Shown here: in pieces, positions 24,755 through 38,270 of the stretch
How the letters are laid out: the number at the start of each line of letters is the position of its first letter
Position numbering within the stretch: position 1 is the first letter of the stretch
Assembly: GCF_001194135.2 (NCBI RefSeq)
Contig: NC_068988.1
Location: 28,560,397-28,624,396, forward strand
Direction of reading: 5' to 3'
Length of the DNA: 64,000 nt
Source of the DNA: Octopus bimaculoides
Taxonomy: Eukaryota
Notes under the pieces: generated by a model
Seen by the model: the letters and a program-made list of their open reading frames with translations, nothing else
What the model was told of the DNA's origin: nothing
Databases searched by the model: none
Program-made: the position numbers and the translations under genes

Positions 24755-27700
24755 GTGTGTGTGTCTGTGTGTGTCTATGTTTGCCACCTGCACCATCACT
24801 TGACAATCGATGTTGGTGTATTGACGTCCCCGTAACTTAGCAGTGCGGCAAACGAGACCAATAGAATAAGTGCTAGGCATACAAAGAATAAGTCCTGGGG
24901 TTGATTTCTTTGACTAAAGACGATGCTCCAGCATGGCCGCAGTCAAATGACTGAAACAAATAAAAGACTAAAAGAATAAGGAAGAATAAGTACAGAAATT
25001 ATTTTGGATCAGTTATGATTTATTATGAAGTTACTGGTAAAAGTGATCGTTAATGATAGAAAATAGGAATAATATCATGAATGAAGTATTTCGGGTTAGA
25101 AATAAGTGACAGATACCTCAGAGTACAGTGAACATTTATTTTTGTTCAAATATATATTTACTAGACATCTCTGAAGGAAAATATACAGGATAATATGTTA
25201 TGAGGTTAAGAAGGAAATTTGTATCCCCATGGTTCTGGGTTCAGTCCCATTGCATGGCACCCTGGGCAAGTGTCTTCTATTATAGCTCCAGGCCAGCCAA
25301 TGCTTGAAGTGGATTTAATAGATGAAAACTGTGTGGAAGCTTGACTTGTGTGTGTGTGTGTGTATTTGAGTTTGTCCCCACCATTTCTTGACAACCAGTC
25401 TTGGTTTGTTTAAGGCCCAGTAACTTAGCAGTTTGGCAATGGAGATTAACAAAATAAGTCAAAGATTTAGAAGTAAGTACTGGGGGCTGATTTGTTTGAC
25501 TAAAGTCTTCAAGGTGGTGCCCCAGCATGGCCACAGTCCAATGAATGAAACAAACAAAAGGTAAAAACAACAGACAGTGGTGGGATGACCTGGCACAAAG
25601 CCACCTCCCTCAATACCACTCAAACAATCTTCGTCTTGCAAGTTATTTGGTGACCTCACAGGTGCTGGTGCCACATAAAAAGCACTGGTACACTCTGTAT
25701 AGTGGTTGGCATTAGAAAGGATATCCAGCAGGAGAAACTATACTGAAGCATACAAGTGCTTAAAGCAGTCCTCCGGCTCACCAGCTCACCAGACCGAACT
25801 GTCCAACCTAAGCCAGCATGGAAAACACACATCAATTGAGATGATGATGACGATGATGACTTTTACCTTGTGATGTTCTATGGAATGTAATTCAAAATGG
25901 AGGAGAGAGAGGGAGAGAGAAAGGGAGACACTAGAAATGATAAATGGTCTAAAGGGCATCTTAAAGTGACAGCAGTTAACAAGACCTTATCATAAGCAGC
26001 AGTGTTTGACTACAGCAAGTAGATATGAGTCAGAAACATCAACGACTTTTATTACTTGTGCAAACAAAGGAGTTATAGACGGTGCTACAAGGCTGAGCAA
26101 AGGGCAGTTTCAATCAGAAGTAGAGCAATGAGTGGGTAAAAGTGATAAAATGGTGGTCATACAGTTGGATAAGAAGCTTTTTGTTGTTTGAAGTGACGTG
26201 AATTTTAATAAAAGGGAGGAGTGAAAAAACAGTAAAAGGAAATGAGATAGACTGCTGTGAATACACTGAACTTCTTGAACTACAGTGGGTCGACAGAATC
26301 ATTTACATGCCAAGTAAAAACGCTTAAAAGGTATTTGGTTTGTCTTTATGTTCTGAGTTCAAATTCTGCTGAGGTAGACTTTGCCTTTCATCCTTTCGGG
26401 GTTGATAGAATAAATACCATGGGGTCGGTGTAATCAACTTAACCCTCCCCGGAAACTGCTGGCCTTGTGCCAGAATTTGAAATCAATATATTGAACTACA
26501 AGTGGGGAAAATAATAATTTTACATTGAATCAACAAATATATTCTAAATGCACTGCACTTTGGAAAAGAAGCAGAAAAAAGAGAATGCATTGAATAATCC
26601 AGACCTATGTAGATTATGTCTGAAAAAATAGAGGGCTATTACTGGAACGCCTTGGATCATAGAGCGCAAGGAGGACTAACCTAGGGCTAAACAAGAAAAA
26701 TAGACTTTCAAATTAAAATTAACGAATAAAAATAAAAAAGAAAACGCTACTGGTTAAAGGGAGGTAAATCTGGATGGTTCCCTTTCATGTCAATAATTTA
26801 CATTCGTAATAGACAATCTTTTTGTTTCATTTCCAATTTGTAACACTATTTTTCTTCAAAATATTGTATTGTAATTAACAACAGACAATATAAATAATAT
26901 AAATTAATTATACAAATATCAGGATTTTGGCGTTAGGAAGGGCATCCAGCTGTAGAAATTCTGCCAAATTTAGATTGGAGCCTGGTGTTGCCATCCGGTT
27001 TCACCAGTCCTCAGTCAAATCGTCCAACCCATGCTAGCATGGAAAGCGGACGTTAAACGATGATGATGAAACTCCTTTAATGTGCAACTTAATGATTTTT
27101 CAGTTTAGACCAGTTGGATGTCTAACTTCCATCAGGTGTCTTCTATTATTATTATTATTATTATTAAGATAGCAGAATCATTAGCATGCCAGGCAAAATG
27201 CTTAGTGGCATTTCGTCCATCTTTACATTCTGAGTTCAAATTCCACCGAGGCCTTTCATCCTTTCAAGATCGATAAATTAAGTACCAGTCAAATACTGGG
27301 GTTGATGTAATCAACATACCCTCTCCCTACAAATTTCAGGCCTTGTGCTTCTAGTAGAAAGGATTATTATTATTATTATCATTATTAAGGTGGTAAGCTG
27401 TCAGAATATCATTATGCACCAGAGAAAATGGTTAGCAGCATTTCATCCATTTTTTACGTTCTGAGTTCACATTCCAAGGTCAGTTTTGACATTTTTCATC
27501 CTTCCAGGGTCAGCAACATATAACTACCAGTTGAGCACTGATATCTACATCATCGACTTACCCCATACTCCGAAAATTGCTGGCTCGGTGCCAAAATTTG
27601 AAATCATATTTTATATTGTCTTAAAATAGAAGGATTACAAGAAAACAGATTACTACTAATAGTAATAATAATAATAATAACAATAATAATAATTTTAAGA

Positions 27701-29725
27701 ATAATTAATATTGGTAATGTTTTATTTTCCTTCAAATTCCTTTAGTGCACTCAGTTCTTAACCGAGAGAAAATTTCCTTCAGGGAAGAAATTTCAAGACT
27801 CCGGTGGAAATTGAGGAGTTCAGGTAAGGAAATTGTTTTTTAGAATGCAAAACCCCTGATAGCTATTTGTACATTTTTTTTTTTTTCTTTTTTGCTAGAT
27901 TTATTTTCTTTAATATTGATTTTAAGGATGCTAGTTTTAAATTGTGAAAGCACATTGGGGCTACTTAGTGGTAAGGGTATATATATATACCCTACGTAAA
28001 AGCACCCACTACACTCTCTGAGTGGTTGGCATTAGGAAGGGCATCCAGCTGTAGAAACTCTGCCAAATCAGATTGGAGCCTGGTGTAGCCATCTGGTTTA
28101 CCAGTCCTCTCAGTCAAATCGTCCAACCCATGCTAGCATGGAAAGCTGACGTTAAACGATGATGATGATGATGTATGTATGTATGTATATACACATACAC
28201 ATGCACACACATATATACAATGGGCTTCCACAGATTTTCAATTTAGCAAATCTACTCACAAGGCTTTGGTTGACCCAGGGCTATAGCAGAAACACTTGGC
28301 CCAGGGTGTCACACAGTAGGACAGAACCTGAAACCATATGGTTTACAAAGCAAGTTTCTTCACCCCACAGCTATAGCCATGCCTGTCATGCGTGAAGGAC
28401 TTTAAGGTAAGTGTACCTCCTTTCCTGCCCTATTTCCTATTAGTTCAGCTCTCAGTTCCCCAATAGACCTCTTTATACCTCCTTTGTTCAGACAGTTTTT
28501 CACCACTCCTTAAATTTCATTATACTCCCTCATATTCTATTATTCTTTCATTCTTATTGCTAACTCATTTCCTTTCCCACCCCAAATTCTTCCATTTGTA
28601 TGTATGTATGTATGTATTATTACGTATTATGTATTATTATTATTATGCATGTATGTATGTGTGTGTATATTATTATGTATTATGTATGTATTATTATTAT
28701 GTATGTATGTATGTATGTATTATTACTATTATCATTATTATCATTATTAAGGCAGCAAGCTGGCAGAATCGTTAGCATACCGGGCAAAATGCTTAGCGGT
28801 ATTTCGTCTGCCGCTACATTCTGAGTTCAAATTCCGTCGAGGTCGACTTTACTTTTCATCCTTTCAGGGTCGATAAATTAAGTACCAGTTACGCACTGGA
28901 GTTCGGCAAAAGAGACTATAGAATAAGTGCTAGGTTTACAAAGAATAAGTCCTGGGGTCGATTTGTTCAACTAAAGGCAGTGCTCCAGCATGGCAGCAGT
29001 CTAATGACTGAAACAAGTAAAAGACTAAAAGACAACCTCCGTTTATTTGTTTGCTTTGCTTTGTTTTGTTTTGTTTGTCTTTGGTCTGACCCAATGTGAC
29101 AATCTTCAGTGGTTTCTGACTAACCTGCAAGCAATTTCTGTAACAAGTCTCAAAGCTTCATGTTTCAAACATAACTGCCCCCCCCCCCACACACACACAC
29201 ACAAACAAACACAACATAGACTCACAACATTTTCCATTCATTTCTTCACGTCTTCCTTTCATTCACAATTTTGTCACCAGAGTATTAAAGCCTCTATATT
29301 CTCCCCCCCCCCCNNNNNNNNNNNNNNCCCCAACTCTCTCTCTCTCCAAAGAAGGACATATGTTTGAAACAGTTGAATTTTCATAGCAAATCAACACACT
29401 GAAGTTCATTTTCCTTCCCAAAACTTTCACAATATAGAGCAGTTGATGAGAGTAATAAAAAAAAATGACAAAATAACAGCCCTTCATTGTGGAAGAGACA
29501 AGATATGGTAGAACATGAAGCAGGGAGAAGTTGCAATATAGAGAATAAAATTTAAGCTTTTTTTAAAAAAAATACACCCCAACCAACACACACACACACA
29601 TGTGCATATAGCAATTAAATTTGAGGTTAAAGCACAAAGTTCAAAGATTAGTTTCTGCAAAATTTATTTTCATTTCATTTAAATTTATTCCTAATAACTG
29701 AAAGAAGTGTAACATACATACATAC

Positions 29726-30124
29726 ATTCTTTTATTTGTTTCAGTCATTTGACTGCAGCCATGCTGGAGCACTGCCTTCAGTCAAACAAATCGACCCCAG
29801 GACTTATTCCTTATAACCCTAGTACTTATTCTATTGGTCTCTTTTTTTTTTTTTGTGAACTGCTAAGTTACATGGAATCAAACACACCAGCATTGGTTGT
29901 CAAGATGGTGAGGAGACAAAACAGACACACAAACACGCACACACACACATATGCATATATACAATGGGCTTCTTTCAGTTTCTATCTACCAAATCCACTC
30001 ACAAGGTTTTGGTTGGCCCGAGGCTATAGTAGATGACACTTGCCCAAGGTGCCACACAGTGGGACTGAACCCAGAACCATGTGGTTGGTAAGCAAGCTAC
30101 TTACCACACAGCCACTCCTGCACC
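29726..30124 (-). mobile_element. Full-length S1 SINE copy
   Basis: Close reverse-complement match to 8494-8888. Confidence 0.8.
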
Positions 30125-31158
30125 TATAGACAAATGCTGGCAGTAGTACAGTTAAAAACAGAAAATTCAAGAAGTGCAAAAACAGAGAAGATGATTTGAA
30201 GAAAAGAAAAGAGAGAGAAAGCTATACAAAGTGACTGGGTAGGTGGGGGGGGGTCAGAGAGAGGCAAATAGGAATTTTGGAGAGATAAGGAGTTTAATAA
30301 AACAAGTAAATAAATAATGAGGGAGGGGAAGGAAATGATAAACGGAAGAAGAAATGGGAAGGAACAAGGAGGCAGCTGAAAAGATGGAATAAATTGCAAT
30401 TAATGATTACCAATATTGAAATAAAACTGCACTTAGCAAATGTATGTATGTATGTTACATGACATAATGCCTACAGCTGTTATTAGCTGCTTACACATGA
30501 TAGCACACAACGTTAATAGGTTAACAACATGATTGTAATCAAACAACCTGTAATTAAAAGATAAGCCAGTCAAAATTGTATTTACTATCTACTAGATTCT
30601 TAAACAAAAAAGTAACTTTATATTTATATCTTTCTCAAATGAGATATCTCTCTCTCTATCTTCATCATCATTGTTTAACATCCGTTTTCCATGGGCTGGA
30701 CAGTTTGACAAGAGCTGGCCAGGCTCCAGTCGGCATTTGTGGCATGGTTTCTACAATTGGATGCCCTTCCTAATGCCAACCACTTTACAGAGTGTGCTGG
30801 GTGCTTTTTATGTGCCACCAGCACAGGCGCATTTTATGTGCTGCTGGCACCTGTTAAGTATGTATGACAGCCTGTGTGTATGGATGACCATGGTTTTACT
30901 TAGCTTGATGCATCCTCTCAAATACAACAAATTACCACAACTCCTGCTCTTTTGTCATTTCTTCAGTGAGGCCCAGCATCCGAAGATCCTTTCCCACCAC
31001 TGATAGGAACAGGCATGGCAGTATGAGTTTGCTTTCTAACCATTTGTTCTTTGATTCAGTCCTATTGCATGGCATCTTGGGCTGGTGTTTTCTAGTATAG
31101 CCCCAGATGAACCAATGACTTGTGAGAGGTGGTACCCAGAAACTGAAAGTAAGCGATC

Positions 31159-31202
<44 letters not shown>

Positions 31203-34200
31203 GTGTGTGCGTGTGTGTGTGTGCATATGTGCGCAAGTGTGTACCCTTGTTTTGACATCCCATAATGAATGAGAAAGAGTATCATCGTCATACAAGTGAG
31301 GTTGTTCATTTCCTGTCTTCCATGAAAATCCTGTCTGGCCATGGGGAAATATTGTCTTGCTTGGACAGCAAGGGTTGGCAGCAGGAAAGGCACCAGGTTG
31401 CAGAAAACCTGCCTCAAAAAAATTAGTAAGAGATAGTAAGAGAATTCCTTTTATGCCATGCCATTAACTTCTTAATTGTTGTTGTTGTCAAACCCTAGGC
31501 AAGCTCTGATCAGACAGAGTATTCTGGCTTTGATCAGTCCATCAATTTTCAGTCTATGTATCAAGGACTCCATTATGCATTGTTTCTGCCTTTTTTTATA
31601 AAGCAGTAAGTGTGGCTGTGTGGTTAAGAAGTCTGCTCTGGGTTCAATCTCACTGCATGGAACTTTGGACAAGCATCTTCTATTACAACCCTGGACTGAT
31701 CAAAGCCTTGCGAGTGGATTTGTTTGATAGTGACTGAAAAAAACTTATCATATAGATTTATATATCATCATCATCATCATCAATGTTCCTTTTTCCATGC
31801 TGGTATGGATTGGACAGTTTGACAAGAACCAACAAGCCAAAGGGCTGTGCTGAGCTCCAATGTCTTTGGCTTGGTTTCTACAGCTGGATGTCCTTCCTAA
31901 AGCCAACCACTTTACAGAGTGCACAGGGTGCTTTTTGCACGACACCAGCACATGGTGAGGTCGCCAAGTACTCACAAGAAGGAAATAGTAGTATGATATA
32001 TACATGGGTGGGTGTGTGTGTGTTTACTTGTCTTGACATTACATGGTAGTTCTAAATAAATGTCAAAGTCATACAAGTTGCATCGTTTACTTCTGATATT
32101 CTGTGAAAACATGTCAGGCCATGGGGAAATATCACTTTACTTGAAAACAGGTGAGGGTTGGCAACAAGAGGAACATCCAGTAACAGTAAATTCCATCCAA
32201 CCTATACAAACCTGGAAAAGTGTACATTAAAATGATGATGATGATAGAACATGATTTGAGTGAAATTCGGCTGCTATTTCTAGCAGGTCAACCAACCACA
32301 TAGAGGTTTCCTTGCTCACCGTCAATTCATCCTGAGCAGATATGTAGGACAGCAGTACTTAAGAGCCATTATTACAGTTTGCTCCAGGTTTGTTAGCAAT
32401 TTCATATTTTCACCTAAATGTCAACTCTAGAGCATTTTTTTTCCTTTTCTTTTCCTTCTATGTATTTTTTTTTGTCATATCTCTTCACCAGTTCAGTTCA
32501 GCATATTGGCCTTGTTTGTTAGTTCTTCATGTAGATACGATTACCGTTTTCTCTACAAACTACATAAAAGCCCTCTTTTGCTCTTTTCGGGTGCGAATGT
32601 GGGGTCTATGGTCGGTTTTCCTATGCAGTATATCACATCAGGATGATTTCAGATTAGTTTCCAATCTTTCATCTCGCCATCAGTTTCTTGTGTTACAGTC
32701 AGATTTCGACCATTGTTCAATACATACGTGTGAAATTTTTTTTTCTTTCTATGTTAGCCATCGCCTTACTGGCACTTGTGCCGGTGGCACGTGAAAGGCA
32801 ACATTTGAGCAAGATCGTTGCCAGTGTCGCTGGACTGGCTCCTGTGCAGGTGGCACATAAAAAACACCATTTTGAGCGTGGCGTTGCCAGTACCGCCTGA
32901 CTGGCCTTCATGCCGGTGGCACGTAAAAGCACCCACTACACTCTCGGAGTGGTTGGCATTAGGAAGGGCATCNNNNNNNNNNTTCATGCCGGTGGCACGT
33001 AAAAGCACCCACTACACTCTCGGAGTGGTTGGCATTAGGAAGGGCATCCAGCTGTAGAAACTCTGCCAAATCAGATTGGAGTCTGGTGTAACCATCTGGT
33101 TCGCCAGTCCTCAGTCAAACCGTCCAACCCATGCTAGCATGGAAGGCAGGCGTTAAACAATGATGATGATGATGATTCACTTGGTTTTAAATTAACCATA
33201 TTGCCCTGTAGCTTTGAGATTCCAATAGTATGATTATTCATTTTTAGAATGACATCGCAGAGGCAAGACTTGGCAGGTTTCAACTCAAATCAGGCAGAAT
33301 ATTCAGGCCTGATATAGCCAGATTAAATACTAAAGGGTTAAGCAAAGTTGGGCCTCCTCTAAGCTCATTTTGTCCCTGACATCTAAAGGCAAATTCCAAT
33401 CCAGACAGTCTCTTGTACTTAGTTTGACTCCATGATAATAACATTTATTTAAACATTATCCGCAAAACTTATATTGTAGAAGAATCTATCACAACAATAG
33501 ACTGGTGACATTTGCCAGTTTGTTTTCTGCTTTTCTTTTTCCTGCATATTTTATTTCTGTAACCATACAGTATATTGTTACTATTGTGATTTCTAGTTTT
33601 ATGTTCAGCTGTACTGCTAACTTAACCTTTTTATACAGTCATGCTTGTTGTTATAGCCTGATGTACTTTTGTAATGTTTTGTAAAATACTGCTAGACAGC
33701 TTTCAATACGACATGCTCCAATGCACAAAATGCTTTCTTTTCCTCAATATGCGCTGCTGAAATTAGGGTGCATTTAATATACCCATGCACCTTTTTTGTC
33801 ATCAAATACAAAATCAAGCAAAAACAGTGCAAATAATGATAAAGAACTTAAAATTATCTCCTCACTGGAATCCCTAAATTTCCCCCTAATTAAAAATTGC
33901 TGCTTAGATGAAACCTTTTAAAAGCATCCTTGGAACAGGAGCTAATTCCAAAGCGTATTGTTTCAAGGTATGAAATAGGATTTTGATTGGAATGGCGGTT
34001 TTGAAGGCACAAAATGAAAAAAAACTGCACAGAGGAATTGAAGATTTAGAGCTGGGGTGGCAGAAGGATGAGTTAAAAGGATTTCCTTGCATTGGTTTGT
34101 TGCTCTTGTCGCTATTGAGTAGCTTTATTGAATTCTACTGAAGCTAGACTGTCTGCTCCAGCCATAGAACCCACAACAAATCAAACAATAGAGCTTGGTG

Positions 34201-34357
34201 CAGTCTTATGACTTGCTACTTCCTGTCAAACCATCCAACCTATGCTACTATGTAAAGAGGACATTAAAGGATGATAATGATGATACACCTTTTTTATGGT
34301 GTTAACCAAACCTATAAGAAATACTCATAAACCTTGTGCTTGTGATATGTTACTCTT

Positions 34358-34728
34358 TTGCTCTTTTACTTGTTTCAGTCGTTTGACTGTGGCCATGCTG
34401 GAGCACCGAATTTAGTCGAGAAAATTGACCCCAGGACTTATTCTTTGTAAGCCTAGTACTTATTCTATCGGTCTCTTTTTGCCGAACCACTAAGTTACGG
34501 GGACGTAAACACACCAGCATCGGTTGTCAGGTGATGGTGGGGGGACAAACACAGACACACAAACACATATACGACGGGCTTCTTTCAGTTTCCATCTACC
34601 AAATCCACTCACAAGGCTTTGGTCAGCCCGAGGCTATAGTAGAAGACACTTGCCCAAGGTACCACGCAGTGGGACTGAACCCGGAACCATGTGGTTAGTA
34701 AGCAAGCTACTTACAAGACAGCCACTCC
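34358..34728 (-). mobile_element. Full-length S1 SINE copy
   Basis: Close reverse-complement match to 8494-8888. Confidence 0.8.
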
Positions 34729-35079
34729 TTAAATATCAATCCAATCTAAATCCATACTGCTGTACATTACACTGAACACCATCAACAAGGTACAATATTA
34801 AAATTTATTTCTTCATGTGAGAGCCATCAGTGAAGATTCGGTTGCTACACTGAACATCTGGAAAGTAGTTTCCACTCTAATTCATATTTATGTTGTGAGT
34901 AACAAAGGTATTGAGTTAGATTAAATACAGACAGAAAAAAAAGCATAGTTGGCCACCATTTGAGAACATTTAGATAACATTTAGGCTATGCAGTTGATTA
35001 ATGCATTAATCTCCTGTCATATTATCACCCACTTAACATCCATTGTACAGCAATTGCAGAGGTTGTAGGAAATATAGAT

Positions 35080-35470
35080 TGCGACTACTCTCAGTCCTGC
35101 ATCATCTGTTCTTTGATGTTAGACATCAGAGTTGACGTCATCACGTTTTCCCTTGTCTTTCTCTGTCATGGGTACTTTCCATTGTCAGCAAATCACATGC
35201 CCATACAAGCACATTTACCTGCACACACAAACATCAGCTGTTGTCCTTTCTAGCCTCTTTCTCAGCTCATTTGTGCTCTGCTCTCCATATTATATATCCT
35301 AGCAGACCTTTCATGACTCGTTCCTCTCCATTCATCACATTTTTGTTTTTACACCTGATGCCCACATCTCACTGTATTCTGAATAATACTTCTTACACAG
35401 GCTCTGTACAGTCTGCCTTCTGTGCAGACAGAAACACTTTCTTACCAACAGAGATAATATCTACCCGAAA
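35080..35470 (-). mobile_element. Decayed RTE-clade LINE C-terminal fragment
   Basis: Frameshifted GRLYRACVRS...ETWA...ELRKRL...LYGHV motifs. Confidence 0.55.
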
Positions 35471-35503
35471 TATTTTTACCACTTTTTGACTGTAGCTACT
35501 ATA

Positions 35504-35620
35504 CAGGGTGTCCACAAAGTCTGGCTACATGGAATAAATAAAATCATAACATAAACAATTAAATATAAGAAATAATAATTTCTTAAAGTATGTGTTAATC
35601 CCCATGTACCCAGACTTATA
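35504..35620. mobile_element. Tc1/mariner-like MITE with truncated right TIR
   Basis: TA|cagggtgtccacaaagtctggctacatgg ... ccatgtacccagactt. Confidence 0.5.
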
Positions 35621-38177
35621 TATAGTATAAGTACACTTATTACTCTACTTGACTCCTTTGAGCATTAAGGGGTCATTTATGTCAAAGAAACTATTAAATA
35701 TATCAGATTGACTTCTCTTGAATTATCCAAATGCATTAGACAATTTTCAGACTTTTATATAATTGGTTATTAATAATAATTATTTAATAATTGGTTATTT
35801 TTGTTATTATGTGTTTATAAAAGAAGGCATTCTTTAATATTTTAGAATCAACCAGTCCATAAACATTATATACAAGATTCGAGTAAACTATGTTATTAGC
35901 GTATTATTAATTCAGGTGGTTGTAGCTATACAATCAAATCACTTGAAGAATCATAACTCCAGAATGTCCATTTGAAGAATCTTTAGCCCTACTCACAGTG
36001 ATTACAATTTGCTTAATTAAGATACATAAATTTCGTCATGCATCTTTGTTGTGAAAGTTTAAAGAAAGAAAAAAATAGATATGTGCTGCGTTCTGAAATT
36101 AATTGATGCTAATGTGAAGAATTCTCTGCATCAAATGTTATGGAGGTGACAGGGTTGCTGCTGTTCAGCAGACCTACGATCAATGGTGTTCCAGCTATGA
36201 CCATATCGCCTTTTATATCAGGGACTACGTTCCGATATATCCATCTTTCTTATCTAAAATGGTATGGAGTTATTTCAGAAAGACTCGACTGCTATTTCTA
36301 GCAGGATAAACAACTGAGTAAAAGTTCCTTTGGTTGTTGGTAATAGTGGTAGGGTGTTGGTATGTCAGTGGTTCTAACCTTACCCAGAACCCACTAGAAG
36401 AATCGTCACCCAGCCAAAGTCTGGGTCGACAAAAATAAATAACGACGATGATTCTATGTCACTGGGTCATGTTTGTTATGGCATATCTTCAGAAACAAGC
36501 CTGAATTCTCGGTCAAACCACTAATACTACATAACGTAGAAATACCTTGATAGGTATTAAATTGCCAAACACACTATTACGTGAATAGAAGCTCATTGAA
36601 TTAAATCCATATTTTCGTATTCCTTTTCCTTCCCCCACCCCTTCAGTTATTATTTTAATCGATCAGTCATCGACTGGCCTTGATTACTTCTTGGATTAAA
36701 AAAAAAAACAATACAAAATAGGCATATTAATTCCATTTATCTGTTGCTATCCACAATATATTTTGATTGGTCAAGAATTCGATCATTTTTTTCCCCCCAG
36801 ATACATAATTTTTGCATATAACATAACCTTAGGCTAGGACTGAACTCAAAACCTTTATCTCCCCATCAGCAGTCTTATATAAAGACAACACTAATGCAAA
36901 ATCTCTGAAAAAAAAATGTAGCCATGATAATCTAAAGAATAGCAAAAACAAATTTCGATGTTGTTAAATAACATCTTTGACAATTGCTTCGCTTGCGTTT
37001 CTAATCTGACTGAAATCTGACTTTTGACAAAACGGTGTTCTTATATTTATCTGTAGTTTCATCGTCTTAAATATAACAATATTAAGTTTCTGAAGATATT
37101 GATTAGATAAAAAAAAAATATCTACAAACATAAGTAGTGAGCATAGCATATTAAACAAAATACATGTCACGATGTATTTTAATGCAAATATAATATTAAC
37201 ATTAATTATAGGTTTCGAGAAACGGTACAACGTTTATTATATGATGATACAGCAGGTTACTGACTATTACTCATTTCGTTTTACATGCAAGGAGAAACAC
37301 GTCTATTTTTTGCTGCTGTCGGGTGAATCATTCACGGGGTAGTGTGTTATTTACGAAATTTAATCAAGTCACTTCTTTCGGAGTAAATAGTCATTGAAAG
37401 GTACAGTGCAAAAAATTGATTGATTGATTGAGGTTTAGTTGACCAAATACATTTCATAGCGGCATTTTGAATTGCTAATTATTACTGTGAAAGATCAGTT
37501 TTGAAAATTATGAAAGAAAACGAAACATGAAAAAATAGGGACACATTAATTTTGTCTCAGTAAACATAATTGTCTGACTGTATACAGTATCGTTTTTTTC
37601 TTATTTATTTATTTGGGTTTAAATGCCTTTTCAAAGTGATGTAACATTTAAATATTACATTATTATTATTACGTAACTGTTACACAATAAACCATTCATA
37701 AGGTTTTATGATGATCGAGAGGATTGGGTGATTAAAAAAACACACCAGGTAATACGGTCGACACGCTTGGGTAATAATGTTTAGCAAACGTAGATTATTT
37801 TATTATGATTATAAATATATATTCCAGCTAAGGTGACCACTTCTGAGAAAATAACCACTGGGTTAAATAGTAAATATAGATATGTGTGTTAGAGATATAC
37901 AAACATACATTTATGATGAGATGGAACGAAATTAATCTCCATCAACGATTTAAAAAATATATATATATTTTTTTTTTCTTTCATCCAATCATTGATTTAT
38001 CGAAGCGAAACGACAGCGATAGAATCGATCATTCCCTAATATATCACAGTAAAGTCACACCAGACATGCACGCAGAAGCTACATTTATCATTACTTACCT
38101 GTTCATGTTATTATCCATATTGCTATGTTCTTACATTAAAATATCCCGAAACTCAACAGCTTCGAGGTGTCACCTGG

Positions 38178-38270
38178 GCGCTGCCATATTTGTTTACTGA
38201 GAATTAAAACTGTGAAACGAGCCTGCGCGTTGGCCAACCACGTTCACTTCCGCTATCGTTACTTAGCAAC
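38178..38270. promoter_or_regulatory. Promoter-like cluster: YY1-like, NRF1-like, ETS and RFX X-box motifs
   Basis: ACTTCCG at 38246-38252; GTTACTTAGCAAC at 38258-38270 fits GYTRYY-N-RRHRAC; CpG enriched; strong outward-facing donors at 38098 (-) and 38541 (+). Confidence 0.45.

Noticed and set aside
32909-33046. Exact direct repeat flanking a 10-N gap
   Set aside because: Typical unmerged contig overlap (assembly artefact).
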